Part shown: piece after piece, positions 1 through 11,959 of the stretch
How the letters are laid out: each line of letters opens with the position of its first letter
Position numbering within the stretch: position 1 is the stretch's first letter
Assembly (NCBI GenBank): GCA_964658305.1
Contig: OZ210885.1
Location: 15,252,001 to 15,316,000 of the forward strand
Length of the DNA stretch: 64,000 nt
Direction of reading: 5' to 3'
Source: Leptogorgia sarmentosa
Lineage: Eukaryota
Program-made: the position numbers and the translations under genes
Notes under the pieces: model-generated
The model's input: the letters and a program-made list of their open reading frames with translations, nothing else
Database searches by the model: none
Told to the model about the DNA's origin: nothing

Positions 1-549
1 AGAGAATGCGTTTCGAGAAGCGTCGTGCCGGAAATCTGTTTGGCGGCAAAATTTAAAACCTAACAAAATCAAAATGGATGACGTTCTTGACGGATTGACT
101 TGATACTGCAAAACAATTCAAACATAGAATTCAATACTAGACAGTCTTGAAGATGTTAAATCATGGTAAGAATAAAACAGATTTATTTAAACATTTTAAC
201 GTATCATTCGCAGCAGTTAAAATAATAAAATAATAATAAAATAATTTCCAGCAAATCACTTAAGTAATGAAGTGCAAGACACTAGTATTAATTGCATGGA
301 GAATGGAAAATGCATCCCCAGTCATACTGAGCAGAAAGCTCAAAGAGACAATTATGTTACCCTTGTGCAGCGTGTTCTTGTTGAAAATGTTCCTTCTCTT
401 GAATTTGGGAAAGATATTAGCCGAATTCATATTAGGGATGGGAAACTCTTAGACGGGAAACCCGTCTGTCAAAACCCTTCTAAATGTGAATTTAGGGACA
501 GGAAACTCGTCTGTCGAAAGTGGTGCTGTGTTGCCCGAGCAAATAAGGG

Positions 550-3500
550 CGGTTCTCGACTGATCACCGAAGTTAAGCCTAGGTGGGAAAAGTTAGTACT
601 TGGATGGGTGACCACCTGGGAATACTTTGTGTTGTAGACTTGCTTCATTTTATTGTATGTGTGTTTGTAAATAGGTTTGCTTTCAATTTCAACTTCAGGG
701 TTTTGTTATTGTTACACGTTTAAAAAGTGTAACTTCCATCAACAAATGTCTACGACCATACCAGTAGGAAAATACCGGTTCTCGTCTGATCACCGAAGTT
801 AAGCCTAGGTGGGCAAAGTTAGTACTTGGATGGGTGACCACCTGGGAATACTTTGTGCATAGGCAGCCCAGTGATTTGGGGTTTTATTTATGTTAACTAA
901 GGTTGAATAGGGCTATTTCATCATTCTTAGTTGTTTATATGCGTGCGCCGACAATACGGTCACTCGCTTATGTAATTAATAGTTATAATAATTGACAAGG
1001 TTGGCAACTAAATTCACATTCATATACACATGCCTACACACAATCGAAAAATACACAAAATACATGCAAAAATGCAATAAAACAATTACAAAATACGAAA
1101 CTAGGATAATTTTTCTACATTATCACCAAGTTTGGTGAACATACGTCGCTTCTAAAGCATTTAAAATACGGAATGTTTTTCATATTTTCTTCAAAATTTT
1201 TGTGAGACCATGCTGGATGCCAGGTCTGCGATATTCAGATGACGAATTCGCAATCTCATTGGCTGCTCAGGAAAAACAAACGTGAATCTTCAACGCATTT
1301 TCCCGAGCAGCCAATGAGATTGCAAATTCATCATCTGAATATCGCAGACCTGGCATCCAGCATGGTCTCACAAAAATTTTGAAGAAAATATGAAAAACAT
1401 TCCGTATTTTAAATGCTTTAGAAGCGACGTATGTTCACCAAACTTGGCAATAATGTAGAAAAATTATCCTAGTTTCGTATTTTGTAATTGTTTTATTGCA
1501 TTTTTGGGTGTATTTTGTGTATTTTTCGATTGTGTGTAGGCATGTGTATATGAATGTGAATTTAGTTGCCAACCTTGTCAATTATTATAACTATTAATTA
1601 CATAAGCGAGTGACCGTATTGTCGGCGCACGCATATAAACAACTAAGAATGATGAAATAGCCCTATTCAACCTTAGTTAACATAAATAAAACCCCAAATC
1701 ACTGGGCTGCCTATGCTTTGTGTTGTAGACTTGCTTCATTTTATTGTATGTGTGTTTGTAAATAGGTTTGCTTTCAATGTAAACTTCAGGGATTTTGTTA
1801 TTGCTACATCTGGAAATACTTTCTATTGTTGTTTTGCTAAATTTTATTTAATGCGTAGTGGTAAATATAATTTTCAGGGTTTTGTTATTGTTACACGTTT
1901 AAAAAGTGTAACTTCCATTAACAAATGTCTATGACCATACCAGTAAGAAAATACCGGTTCTCGTCTGATCACTGAAGTTAAGCCTAGGTGGGTAAAGTTA
2001 GTACTTGGATGGGTGACCACCTGGGAATACTTTGTGTTGTAGACTTGCTTCATTTTATTGTATGTGTGTTTGTAAATAGGTTTGCTTTCAATTTCAACTT
2101 CAGGGTTTTGTTATTGTTACACGTTTAAAAAGTGTAACTTCCATCAACAAATGTCTACGACCATACCAGTAGGAAAATACCGGTTCTCGTCTGATCACCG
2201 AAGTTAAGCCTAGGAGGGCAAAGTTAGTACTTGGATGGGTGACCACCTGGGAATACTTTGTGTTGTAGACTTGCTTCATTTTATTGTATGAGTGTTTGTA
2301 AATAGGTTTGCTTTCAATTTCAACTTCAGGGTTTTGTTATTGCTACATCTGGAAATACTTTGTATCGTTGTTTTGCTAAATTTTATTTAATGCCTATTTG
2401 TAAATATAATTCCTTTTAATTTCAACTTCAGGGTTTTGTTATTGTTACACGTTTAAAAAGTGTAACTTCCATCAACAAATGTCTACGACCATACCAGTAG
2501 GAAAATACCAGTTCTCGTCTGATCACCGAAGTTAAGCCTAGGTGGGCAGAGTTAGTACTTGGATGGGTGACCACCTGGGAATACTTTGTGTTGTAGACTT
2601 GCTTCATTTTATTGTATGAGTGTTTGTAAATAGGTTTGCTTTTAATTTCAACTTCAGGGTTTTGTTATTGTTACACGTTTAAAAAGTGTAACTTCCATCA
2701 ACAAATGTCTACAACCATACGAGTAGGAAAATACCGGTTCTCATCTGATCACCGAAGTTAAGCCTAGGTGGGCAAAGTCAGTACTTGGATGGGTGACCAC
2801 CTGGGAATACTTTGTGTTGTAGACTTGCTTCATTTTATTGTATGTGTGTTTGTAAATAGGTTTGCTTTCAATGTAAACTTCAGGGATTTTGTTATTGCTA
2901 CATCTGGAAATACTTTGTATCGTTGTTTTGCTAAATTTTATTTAATGCCTATTTGTAAATATAATTCCTTTTAATTTCAACTTCAGGGTTTTGTTATTGT
3001 TACACGTTTAAAAAGTGTAACTTCCATCAACAAATGTCTACGACCATACCAGTAGGAAAATACCAGTTCTCGTCTGATCACCGAAGTTAAGCCTAGGTGG
3101 GCAGAGTTAGTACTTGGATGGGTGACCACCTGGGAATACTTTGTGTTGTAGACTTGCTTCATTTTATTGTATGTGTGTTTGTAAATAGGTTTGCTTTCAA
3201 TTTCAACTTCAGGGTTTTGTTATTGTTACACGTTTAAAAAGTGTAACTTCCATCAACAAATGTCTACAACCATACGAGTAGGAAAATACCGGTTCTCATC
3301 TGATCACCGAAGTTAAGCCTAGGTGGGCAAAGTTAGTACTTGGATGGGTGACCACCTGGGAATACTTTGTGTTGTAGACTTGCTTCATTTTATTGTATGT
3401 GTGTTTGTAAATAGGTTTGCTTTCAATGTAAACTTCAGGGATTTTGTTATTGCTACATCTGGGAATGCTTTCTATCGTTGTTTTGCTAAATTTTATTTAA

Positions 3501-6500
3501 TGCCTATTGGTAAATATAATTTTCAGGGTTTTGTTATTGTTACACGTTTAAAAAGTGTAACTTCCATCAACAAATGTCTACGACCATACCAGTAGGAAAA
3601 TACCAGTTCTCGTCTGATCACCGAAGTTAAGCCTAGGTGGGCTAAGTTAGTACTTGGATGGGTGACCACCTGGGAATACTTTGTGTTGTAGACTTGCTTC
3701 ATTTTATTGTATGTGTGTTTGTAAATAGGTTTGCTTTCAATTTCAACTTTAGGGTTTTGTTATTGTTACACGTTTAAAAAGTGTAACTTCCATCAACAAA
3801 TGTCTACGACCATACCAGTAGGAAAATACCGGTTCTCGTCTGATCACCGAAGTTAAGCCTAGGAGGGCAAAGTTAGTACTTGGATGGCTGACCACCTGGG
3901 AATACTTTGTGTTGTAGACTTGCTTCATTTTATTGTATGAGTGTTTGTAAATAGGTTTGCTTTCAATTTCAACTTCAGGGTTTTGTTATTGTTACACGTT
4001 TAAAAAGTGTAACTTCCATCAACAAATTTCTACGACCATACGAGTAGGAAAATACCGGTTCTCGTCTGATCACCGAAGTTAAGCCTAGGTGGGCAAAGTT
4101 AGTACTTGGATGGGTGACCACCTGGGAATACTTTGTGTTGTAGACTTGCTTCATTTTATTGTATGAGTGTTTGTAAATAGGTTTGCTTTCAATTTCAACT
4201 TTAGGGTTTTGTTATTGTTACACGTTTAAAAAGTGTAACTTCCATCAACAAATGTCTACAACCATACCAGTAGGAAAATACTGGTTCTCGTCTGATCACC
4301 GAAGTTAAGCCTAGGTGGGCAAAGTTAGTACTTGGATGGGTGGCCACCTGGGAATACTTTGTGTTGTAGACTTGCTTCATTTTATTGTATGTGTGTTTGT
4401 AAATAGGTTTGCTTTCAATGTAAACTTCAGGGATTTTGTTATTGCTACATCTGGAAATACTTTGTATTGTTGTTTTGCTAAATTTTATTTAATGCGTAGT
4501 GGTAAATATAATTTTCAGGGTTTTGTTATTGTTACACGTTTAAAAAGCGTAACTTCCATTAACAAATGTCTATGACCATACCAGTAGGAAAATACCGGTT
4601 CTCGTCTGATCACTGAAGTTAAGCCTAGGTGGGTAAAGTTAGTACTTGGATGGGTGACCACCTGGGAATACTTTGTGTTGTAGACTTGCTTCATTTTATT
4701 GTATGTGTGTTTGTAAATAGGTTTGCTTTCAATTTCAACTTCAGGGTTTTGTTATTGTTACACGTTTAAAAAGTGTAACTTCCATCAACAAATGTCTACG
4801 ACCATACCAGTAGGAAAATACCGGTTCTCGTCTGATCACCGAAGTTAAGCCTAGGAGGGCAAAGTTAGTACTTGGATGGGTGACCACCTGGGAATACTTT
4901 GTGTTGTAGACTTGCTTCATTTTATTGTATGAGTGTTTGTAAATAGGTTTGCTTTCAATTTCAACTTCAGGGTTTTGTTATTGTTACACGTTTAAAAAGT
5001 GTAACTTCCATCAACAAATGTCTACGACCATACGGGTAGGAAAATACCGGTTCTCGTCTGATCACTGAAGTTAAGCCTAGGTGGGCAAAGTTAGTACTTG
5101 GATGGGTGACCACCTGGGAATACTTTGTGTTGTAGACTTGCTTCATTTTATTGTATGTGTGTTTGTAAATAGGTTTGCTTTCAATGTAAATTTCAGGGAT
5201 TTTGTTATTGCTACATGTGGAAATACTTTGTATGGTTGTTTTGCCAAATTTTATTTAATGCTTATTTGTAAATATAATTCCTTTCAATTTCAACTTCAGG
5301 GTTTTGTTATTGTTACCCGTTTAAATAGTGTAACTTCCATCAACAAATGTCTACGACCATACCAGTAGGAAAATACCGGTTCTCGTCTGATCACCGAAGC
5401 TAAGCCTAGGTGGGCAAAGTTAGTACTTGGATGGGTGACCACCTGGGAATACTTTGTGTTGTAGACTTGCTTCATTGTATGTGTGTTTGTAAATAGGTTT
5501 GCTTTCAATTTCAACTTCAGGGTTTTGTTATTGTTACACGTTTAAAAAGTGTAACTTCATCAACAAATGTCTACGACCATACCAGTAGGAAAATACCGGT
5601 TCTCGTCTGATCACCGAAGTTAAGCCTAGGTGCGCATAGTTAGTACTTGGATGGGTGACCACCTGGGAATACTTTGTGTTGTAGACTTGCTTCATTTTAT
5701 TGTATGTGTGTTTGTAAATAGGTTTGCTTTCAATTTCAACTTCAGGGTTTTGTTATTGTTACACGTTTAAAAAGTGTAACTTCCATCAACAAATGTCTAC
5801 GACCATACCAGTAGGAAAATACCGGTTCTCGTCTGATCACCGAAGTTAAGCCTAGGTGGGCAAAGTTAGTACTTGGATGGGTGACCACCTGGGAATACTT
5901 TGTGTTGTAGACTTGCTTCATTTTATTGTATGTGTGTTTGTAAATAGGTTTGCCTTCAATTTCAACTTCAGGGTTTTGTTATTGTTACACGTTTAAAAAG
6001 TGAAACTTCCATCAACAAATGTCTACAACCATACCAGTAGGTAAATACCGGTTCTCGTCTGATCACCGAAGTTAAGCCTAGGTGGGCAAAGTTAGTACTT
6101 GGATGGGTGACCACCTGGGAATACTTTGTGTTGTAGACTTGCTTCATTTTATTGTATGTGTGTTTGTAAATAGGTTTGCTTTCAATGTAAACTTCAGGGA
6201 TTTTGTTATTGCTACATCTGGAAATACTTTGTATTGTTGTTTTGCTAAATTTTATTTAATGCCTAGTGGTAAATATAATTTTCAGGGTTTTGTTATTGTT
6301 ACACGTTTAAAAAGTGTAACTTCCATCAACAAATGTCTACGACCATACCAGTAGGAAAATACCGGTTCTTGTCTGATCACTGAAGTTAAGCCTAGGTGGG
6401 CAAAGTTATTACTTGGATGAGTGACCACCTGGGAATACTTTGTGTTGTAGACTTGCTTCATTTTATTATGTGTGGTTGTAAATAGGTTTGCTTTCAATGT

Positions 6501-6696
6501 AAACTTCAGGGATTTTGTTATTGCTACATCTGGAAATACTTTGTGTTGTAGACTTGCTTCATTTTATTGTATGTGTGTTTGTAAATAGGTTTGCTTTCAA
6601 TTTCAACTTCAGGGTTTTGTTATTGTTACACGTTTAAAAAGTGTAACTTCCATCAACAAATGTCTACGACCATACCAGTAGGAAAATACCGGTTCT
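550..6696 (+). rRNA. 5S rRNA: Tandem array of a divergent 5S rRNA: 19 full-length 120-nt copies (one interrupted by a MITE) plus a 5'-truncated first copy and a 3'-truncated last copy; unit lengths about 226, 314 and 328 bp
   Basis: Unit GTCTACGACCATACCAGTAGGAAAATACCGGTTCTCGTCTGATCACCGAAGTTAAGCCTAGGTGGGCAAAGTTAGTACTTGGATGGGTGACCACCTGGGAATACTTTGTGTTGTAGACTT matches the eukaryotic 5S layout, with A-box (AGTTAAGC) and C-box (TGGATGGGTGACC). Starts at 748, 1927, 2153, 2481, 2707, 3036, 3262, 3576, 3802, 4028, 4254, 4568, 4794, 5020, 5349, 5569, 5795, 6021, 6335 and 6662. Confidence 0.93.
858..1715. mobile_element. Non-autonomous fold-back (palindromic) element, P-superfamily-like, inserted in a 5S copy
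   Basis: Ends CATAGGCAGCCCAGTG...CACTGGGCTGCCTATG; near-perfect arms of about 420 bp around a ~20-bp spacer; 7-bp TSD CTTTGTG (851-857 and 1716-1722). CATAG termini with a 7-8 bp TSD fit P elements. Confidence 0.85.
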
Positions 6697-7229
6697 GGTG
6701 TAAGGACAGCGACATCTCTCTGCTGATAGCTCACTTGCCAGGGAAACTGAATACTGAGGCAGATAAGGCCAGTCATGTATTCAATGATGACACAGAATGG
6801 TGTCTAAATGTGAGTGAATATAATCAGTTGGTGAACCTTTGGGGTACTCCATGCATTGATCTCTTCACATCAAGATTAAATTACAAGCTTATGCCATATG
6901 TAGCTTGGAAGCCTGACCACAGTGCATGGGCAATCGATGCATTTACATTAAACTGGTCAGATTATTCACTGTCATACTGTTTCCCACCTTTCAGCTTGAT
7001 TGGCAGGGTCCTCCAGAAAATTCAAATGGACAGAGCAAGAGTCATACTAATTGTTCCAGACTGGACAACCCAGTTCTGGTATCCATTGTTACTCCAATTG
7101 ATGGAAGCACCATCATACCACATACACAACAATGCAAAGACGTTAACTTTACCGCACAACCCAAACAAGGTACATCCTCTCTACCCAAAGCTTCGCTTGA
7201 TTGGTTGTCTTGTATCCGGAAAACGGTAA
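6697..7229 (+). pseudogene. DIRS ORF2 C-terminus (RNase H end plus DNA N6-adenine methylase-like domain)
   Basis: HLPGKLNTEADKAS, IDLFTSRLN, AIDAFTLNW and YCFPPFSLIGRVLQKI motifs; the N-terminal part of the tracked ORF is 5S spacer sequence. Confidence 0.88.
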
Positions 7230-8172
7230 CTGACCAAGGGGTTACAGGTGAAGCACAAGATATTATTATTGATTCTTGGCGACACTCCACAAGACAACAA
7301 TACTCATCTTATTTTGCACCTTGGGTGGAGTTTTGTCAATCAAACAATCTCAATTATACAACACCTTCAATTCAGGACGTTCTTAGTTTTCTTACCAAGC
7401 AATCTCAACGCCTAGGATACAGTGCAGTGGCATCTACACGGAGTGCATTGTCATTCCTTATTACCCTGGATGGACACAAATTTGATGATCATCCACTGGT
7501 GTCCACATTTCTCACAGGTCTCTTTAATCGGAAACCAGCCTTACCTCGGTACGTAGAAATGTGGGACCCACAAATTATTCTGGATCATATAGTCAAATTC
7601 CCAGATAACAAAGATTTGAAGCTAAAGTTACTGACACAGAAATTATTGATATTAATGCTACTGACATCAGCTCAAAGAACACAAACAATTAAAGCCCTAT
7701 CCATCGAAGGTATGGTAAATAAACCGGATTGATATATCTTTAAAATAGAGTCATTGCTGGTGGTAAACAGAGGCATCTTGAACCAATCAAATTAGTTAAA
7801 TATCATGTACAAAAGAAGTTATGTATAGTTAATACTCTTGATTGTTATTTGGAAAGAACTTCCAAGTTTAGGAAGTCAAATCAGTTATTGTTGTGTTATG
7901 CTAAGCCTCATGGACCTGCTGCAAAGGCTACAATATCCCGTTGGGCAAAAGATATAATGAAGGCTGCAGGGATAAACATTGACATATTTAAACCTCACAG
8001 CACCAGAAGTGCAGCCACATCTGCAGCTAAAGCTGCTGGTGTTCCTATTGACAACATATTTAAAACAGCAGGCTGGAGAACTTCCTCGGTTTTTGGGAAA
8101 TTCTACGATAAACCATTGCAATCTGCAAATGGTTTTGCGAGCAGCGTGCTTAGTCGCGCCACAGCCACCTAG
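6926..8172 (+). pseudogene. DIRS tyrosine recombinase (disrupted, split over two ORFs)
   Basis: SWRHSTRQQY, LLTSAQRTQ, FKPHSTRSAATS and AGWRTSSVFGKFY carry the YR catalytic motifs; stop and deletion around 7732-7850. Confidence 0.9.
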
Positions 8173-8320
8173 TTATGTGTTAATGTTATCACTTGTTATT
8201 AATCATAATAAATTGATATTAGTCCATGCATGGACCATTACTGCCTATTATCGGCTTTATTTGGTGGTCATCGGCTCTAAAATCTCATGTGACTTCCGAG
8301 TGAATGCTAATGCGAGGTAG

Positions 8321-8585
8321 AATTGGAAAATTAAACGATACTTACTTGTAAGTTGAAGTTTGACTGAGATTCTACCGAAGCATTAGCAGAAACGAAGAAG
8401 TCACATCCGCCCAGTCCCAACCCAAAATGTATTAGTGTCTTACGATTTGCCCACCAAATAAGTTCTAAAGACTGACCTCGTGGCACGCCTTGCTATCTCA
8501 TGTGACTTCCTTGTTTCTGCTAATGCTTCGGTAGAATCTCAATGAAACTTCAACTTACAAGTGAGTATCGTTTAATTTTCCAATT
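8321..8585. repeat. DIRS internal complementary region and right ITR (inverted pair about 8321-8406 and 8500-8585)
   Basis: AATTGGAAAATTAAACGATACTTACTTGTAAGTTGAAGTTT is the reverse complement of AAACTTCAACTTACAAGTGAGTATCGTTTAATTTTCCAATT, with one mismatch. Confidence 0.85.
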
Positions 8586-9134
8586 AAAATGCCAGTAACT
8601 TCAGCTACTTGTGTAATGATGGGGCTAATATGTTGCTCAACAAATGAGATAGGGAGAGAGTTCGGCTAGTCCTGACAATCCCAATTTTCAGAGTGGTCGT
8701 TAAGTTTGCCAAGGTTTTGATAACAATCCCAGCTTTCAACTCCACTAGACCATCTCCAAATACCTTCGTCTTCACACTATACCAGAGCACTTGATCATTA
8801 AAGATCCACCTTTCCCATATGATGTAAAGTGCGATGTTGATAATTCATACTTCTTTCGTTTCTTACCTTATCAAGTTATTTTATCAGTGTGTAGACCACT
8901 CCTTAATCGGTTCTACTTCAACACGAGGTCGTTCGTTCTGCTTCAGTGTCTCTCTGATTATCACCTTTTATTCTCTCACAGCTTGATTACATATTCTATA
9001 TGCATATGATTTATTATTCTAATGGCTCCCAGGGCTACACCCGGTCTAAAAAATGACTCCATCAGTGATGACATTTCAATCCCCAATACACGTGTATGTG
9101 AAGAGATTATTTCAGACATTATATTAGTCCCAAG

Positions 9135-9432
9135 TGAAATGGAAACTGTCCAACATCATCCCTCTTCATAAAAAAGGAATCAAGAGTTTTGTTGAGAATT
9201 AAAGACCAATTTCCCTCATGTGCGCTGTTGCAAAAGTTTTAGAATGTTGTATTTACAACCGTTTGATTGGCCATATGGAGAACATGATATCTGTTGCACA
9301 GCATGGTTTTCTACGAGAAAACTCTTGCACAGGTCAGCTCATTTCCATTTAAGACCACATCAGTGAAAACCTGGATTCAGGGAAACAAACAGATATCTTG
9401 TATTTCAATGTTGCTAAAGCATTTGACATGGT
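9135..9432 (+). pseudogene. LINE reverse transcriptase fragment (CR1/L2-like)
   Basis: Translates to RPISLMCAVAKVLE...QHGFL...SCTGQL...DILYFNVAKAFDMV with stops. Confidence 0.8.
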
Positions 9433-9770
9433 GATTATTATTATTATTAGTATTATTATTAGTAAAACTTTATTTATACAGGATAAAACCTTATTCAGTA
9501 TAACTAAATACTGCTATCACAAAGGGTCCTGTAATACTAAGCTTAAAAATCTATATATAAAAATGTTAATATGCTATACTGTACATACAATACTAAACAT
9601 ATAATGATCTCAATGTCTAAAAACTGTTCATTTGCTGAAGAGCACTTTTAAAATGTACAATGGAGTTTATTTGGCGAACATGTAAAGGCAGTTTATTAAA
9701 AGCTATAGCTCCTTGGAAATAAAACCCTTTCCTGGCAACTTCCAATTTGACTTTCGGTAGTCGCACCATG
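9433..9770 (-). mobile_element. LINE 3' end with (AAT)n tail
   Basis: Minus-strand GKGFYFQGAIAFNKLP..VRQINS..HFK, followed by AATAAA and a (TAA)n tail. Confidence 0.65.
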
Positions 9771-9924
9771 GATGTGGTGGTTTTCCTCACTTAGCTCCCT
9801 CACATTTCTACTACATTGCCACTGGCAATCTGCAAAAAGCTTCAGCATATGCTTCAATACACAATGTTTATGATTCAGAGAAGAGGGACATTCTGGGCAA
9901 GGTATAAAATATGCTACTGGATAT

Positions 9925-10718
9925 ATATATGTTATTTACCAGCTGGGAGGTCCGTGCTGGAAACTATTTTGTCGAGTCTCAAAAACAGCCCGAGGCCAAA
10001 GGCTGAGGGACGTTTTTGAGACCGAGACAAAATATTTTCCAGTACGGACCGACCTAAATGGTAAATAACTTTTTTTTTCTCCTCAATGTTGGTACGGACC
10101 GACCTAAATGGTAAATAACTTTTTTTTTCTCCTCAATGTTGTGATAAAATTCGTCAAAAATTCCAGTGTTGCGAACTAAATTTTGAGATCAGTTTGTTTG
10201 TTTACTTTGCTACTCTATCGCAAGTATGGCTGCTAAACAGCCAAGACGAAGTGACAAAAAACCCTTCAATATTGACGCATTTGCTTCAATAATGACGCTT
10301 TTCCACTCAACATTACTACGAAAAAGGTAAACATATTAAAATTATGTATTTTCCCGTTCGTTTCATGATACAAACATGGTAAAAATACGCTTTAGACACC
10401 GAAATATTTCGCCGAGAATGTTTTGTTTTGTTCATACTGATGAGACTTTGTTGATACTTATGAGTTTTTGTCGCTGTAAATACCCCCTAAAATATCCCTT
10501 AGCATAATAAAATGAACTTTCATGTGTTCTTTATCACCTAAATTCGTTTTGAATGTTTTAAAAAGCAGCCATTCAATTTAAAAAAACAAAAACACTGACT
10601 ATATATGTATCTACAAGAATGCAAGCAGTCCGTACCGTAGGATACGGACCGCTCAGCAACCAATCAGAAAGCTCTATTTAGGTTACGGACCGGGAGTTAC
10701 GGACCGGAAAAAAATAAT
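9925..10718. mobile_element. Non-autonomous element with a ~140-nt terminal hairpin (possibly Crypton-like)
   Basis: GTTATTTACC(9931)...GGTAAATAAC(10069) fold-back with a central GGCCAAAGGCT stem-loop; TACGGACC motifs repeated at the other end (10630-10710); 50-bp tandem duplication at 10042-10141. Confidence 0.5.
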
Positions 10719-10794
10719 GTATGTTATTTTTAAGAAAACATAATTATATAATACGGTACTTACAATATAATTGTTCACTTATAGTTAATTTCAG

Positions 10795-11518
10795 CTGGCA
10801 GTTCCAAAGACCTTCAAGAGCTCAACAGGACTGAATCTTTCCTTGCAGTGGTTCAAGAAAGTGAGATCACCACTGTGTAATGTATGAGCATGTTCTTTTA
10901 GTTAATGGTGATTGCAATTTTTTAACCACAATGACATGCAACATATGCATCTGATAATTTTTATTTTGTGGAAATATTTCTTCTTCAGGTTGAAAATAAA
11001 CTGCAAATTGCAGAAGCTATTGTTTTCTACCATGTGGTGGTTAAAAAAGCTGTCATGCTTGACAATTTTTGCAAAGGTCTAGAGGTATTGGGAGTCCTTG
11101 AGGAGATTAAGAAAAATCCAAGTCAGTTTGAATCAGTTTCCATCCACAACAGCTGTGCTGGGGAAACTTTTGTATCAACCTGAAGTTCCTGATTTGAAGT
11201 GTCGATTTGATGAATTTGTCAAAACCTGGTAATTATAATTTATGTTTATTACACCAAATCATTTATGCATGATACCAATTCACATGTATAACATTCTTAT
11301 ACAGAGCTATCGGCATTGATGAAATTTGTAACAGCACTTGGTACATTACCATGGCAAAAAATTACAGTCACACCAACTGATTCAATGGAAATGTTTGCAT
11401 CTACATGTCTAATGAAGTTACAATACCAAGTGCACTAAAAGATCAGGATCAGGATTCCTTCAATACCACAATCTGCACAGCATTTCTGTCAGAAGGAAAA
11501 GCATTCACCACATTTTGA
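10795..11518 (+). pseudogene. Decayed, spliced HECT-domain E3 ligase C-terminus (G2E3-like)
   Basis: LDNFCKGLEVLGVLEEIKKNP and LMKFVTALGTLP...FASTCLMKL (HECT catalytic Cys context) in separate exons with AG/GT boundaries and frameshifts. Confidence 0.65.
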
Positions 11519-11959
11519 CCTCATTACAACTTTGTTCTGTTCTGTAATTAACAGCTAAGTATAGGGAAATTATTTCCATGAACTTAGCCTTGATATTATA
11601 TTTATATATTTCAGTCTATAATGTTCAGTATTGAACATAGACTTATAGGGTAAATAAATTATGTATTCATACAAATGAATAAAAGTTTATGTAGGAAAAC
11701 AGCATTCACTTTTGACAGTTTATGTTATACGTTTTGTTGTATTATAGTATACCTACCTGTCATGTTTTAGGGGTTGTGTCTATTTTTAGACTTTTTGTAT
11801 TATAATCATAACCTAAAAACCAAATTCTCTCAATCTTCACCCCAATGCTAATATTAACCCAAATTCTAAAGTTGAAACAAGTTCTTGATGCTAACCCCAA
11901 ATCCTTAGGTTCCAAAAATAGTAACAGCCTTTAAATCGTGATTTGTTGAAATTGAAACA

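Larger units (their letters stand above)
6697..8585 (+). mobile_element. 5'-truncated DIRS1-type tyrosine-recombinase retrotransposon
   Basis: RNase H end and DAM-like methylase domain, then an overlapping YR ORF, then a 3' ICR/ITR inverted-repeat structure. Confidence 0.9.

Noticed and set aside
1..549. Possible spliced gene start (ATG at 74, GTAAG at 166)
   Set aside because: Early in-frame stop and no recognisable domain; cannot be supported.
1713..6497. Repeated ORFs MGKVSTWMGDHLGIL... and their antisense versions
   Set aside because: Chance frames across 5S genes and spacers, mostly with GTG starts; not proteins.
550..6696. CRISPR array or SINE3 interpretation
   Set aside because: Spacers are near-identical, the repeat is a full-length 5S gene, and there are no cas genes, SINE tails or TSDs.
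6697..7229. Bacterial DNA methyltransferase or restriction-modification system
   Set aside because: The DAM-like domain is a known part of DIRS1 ORF2 and overlaps the YR ORF as expected.
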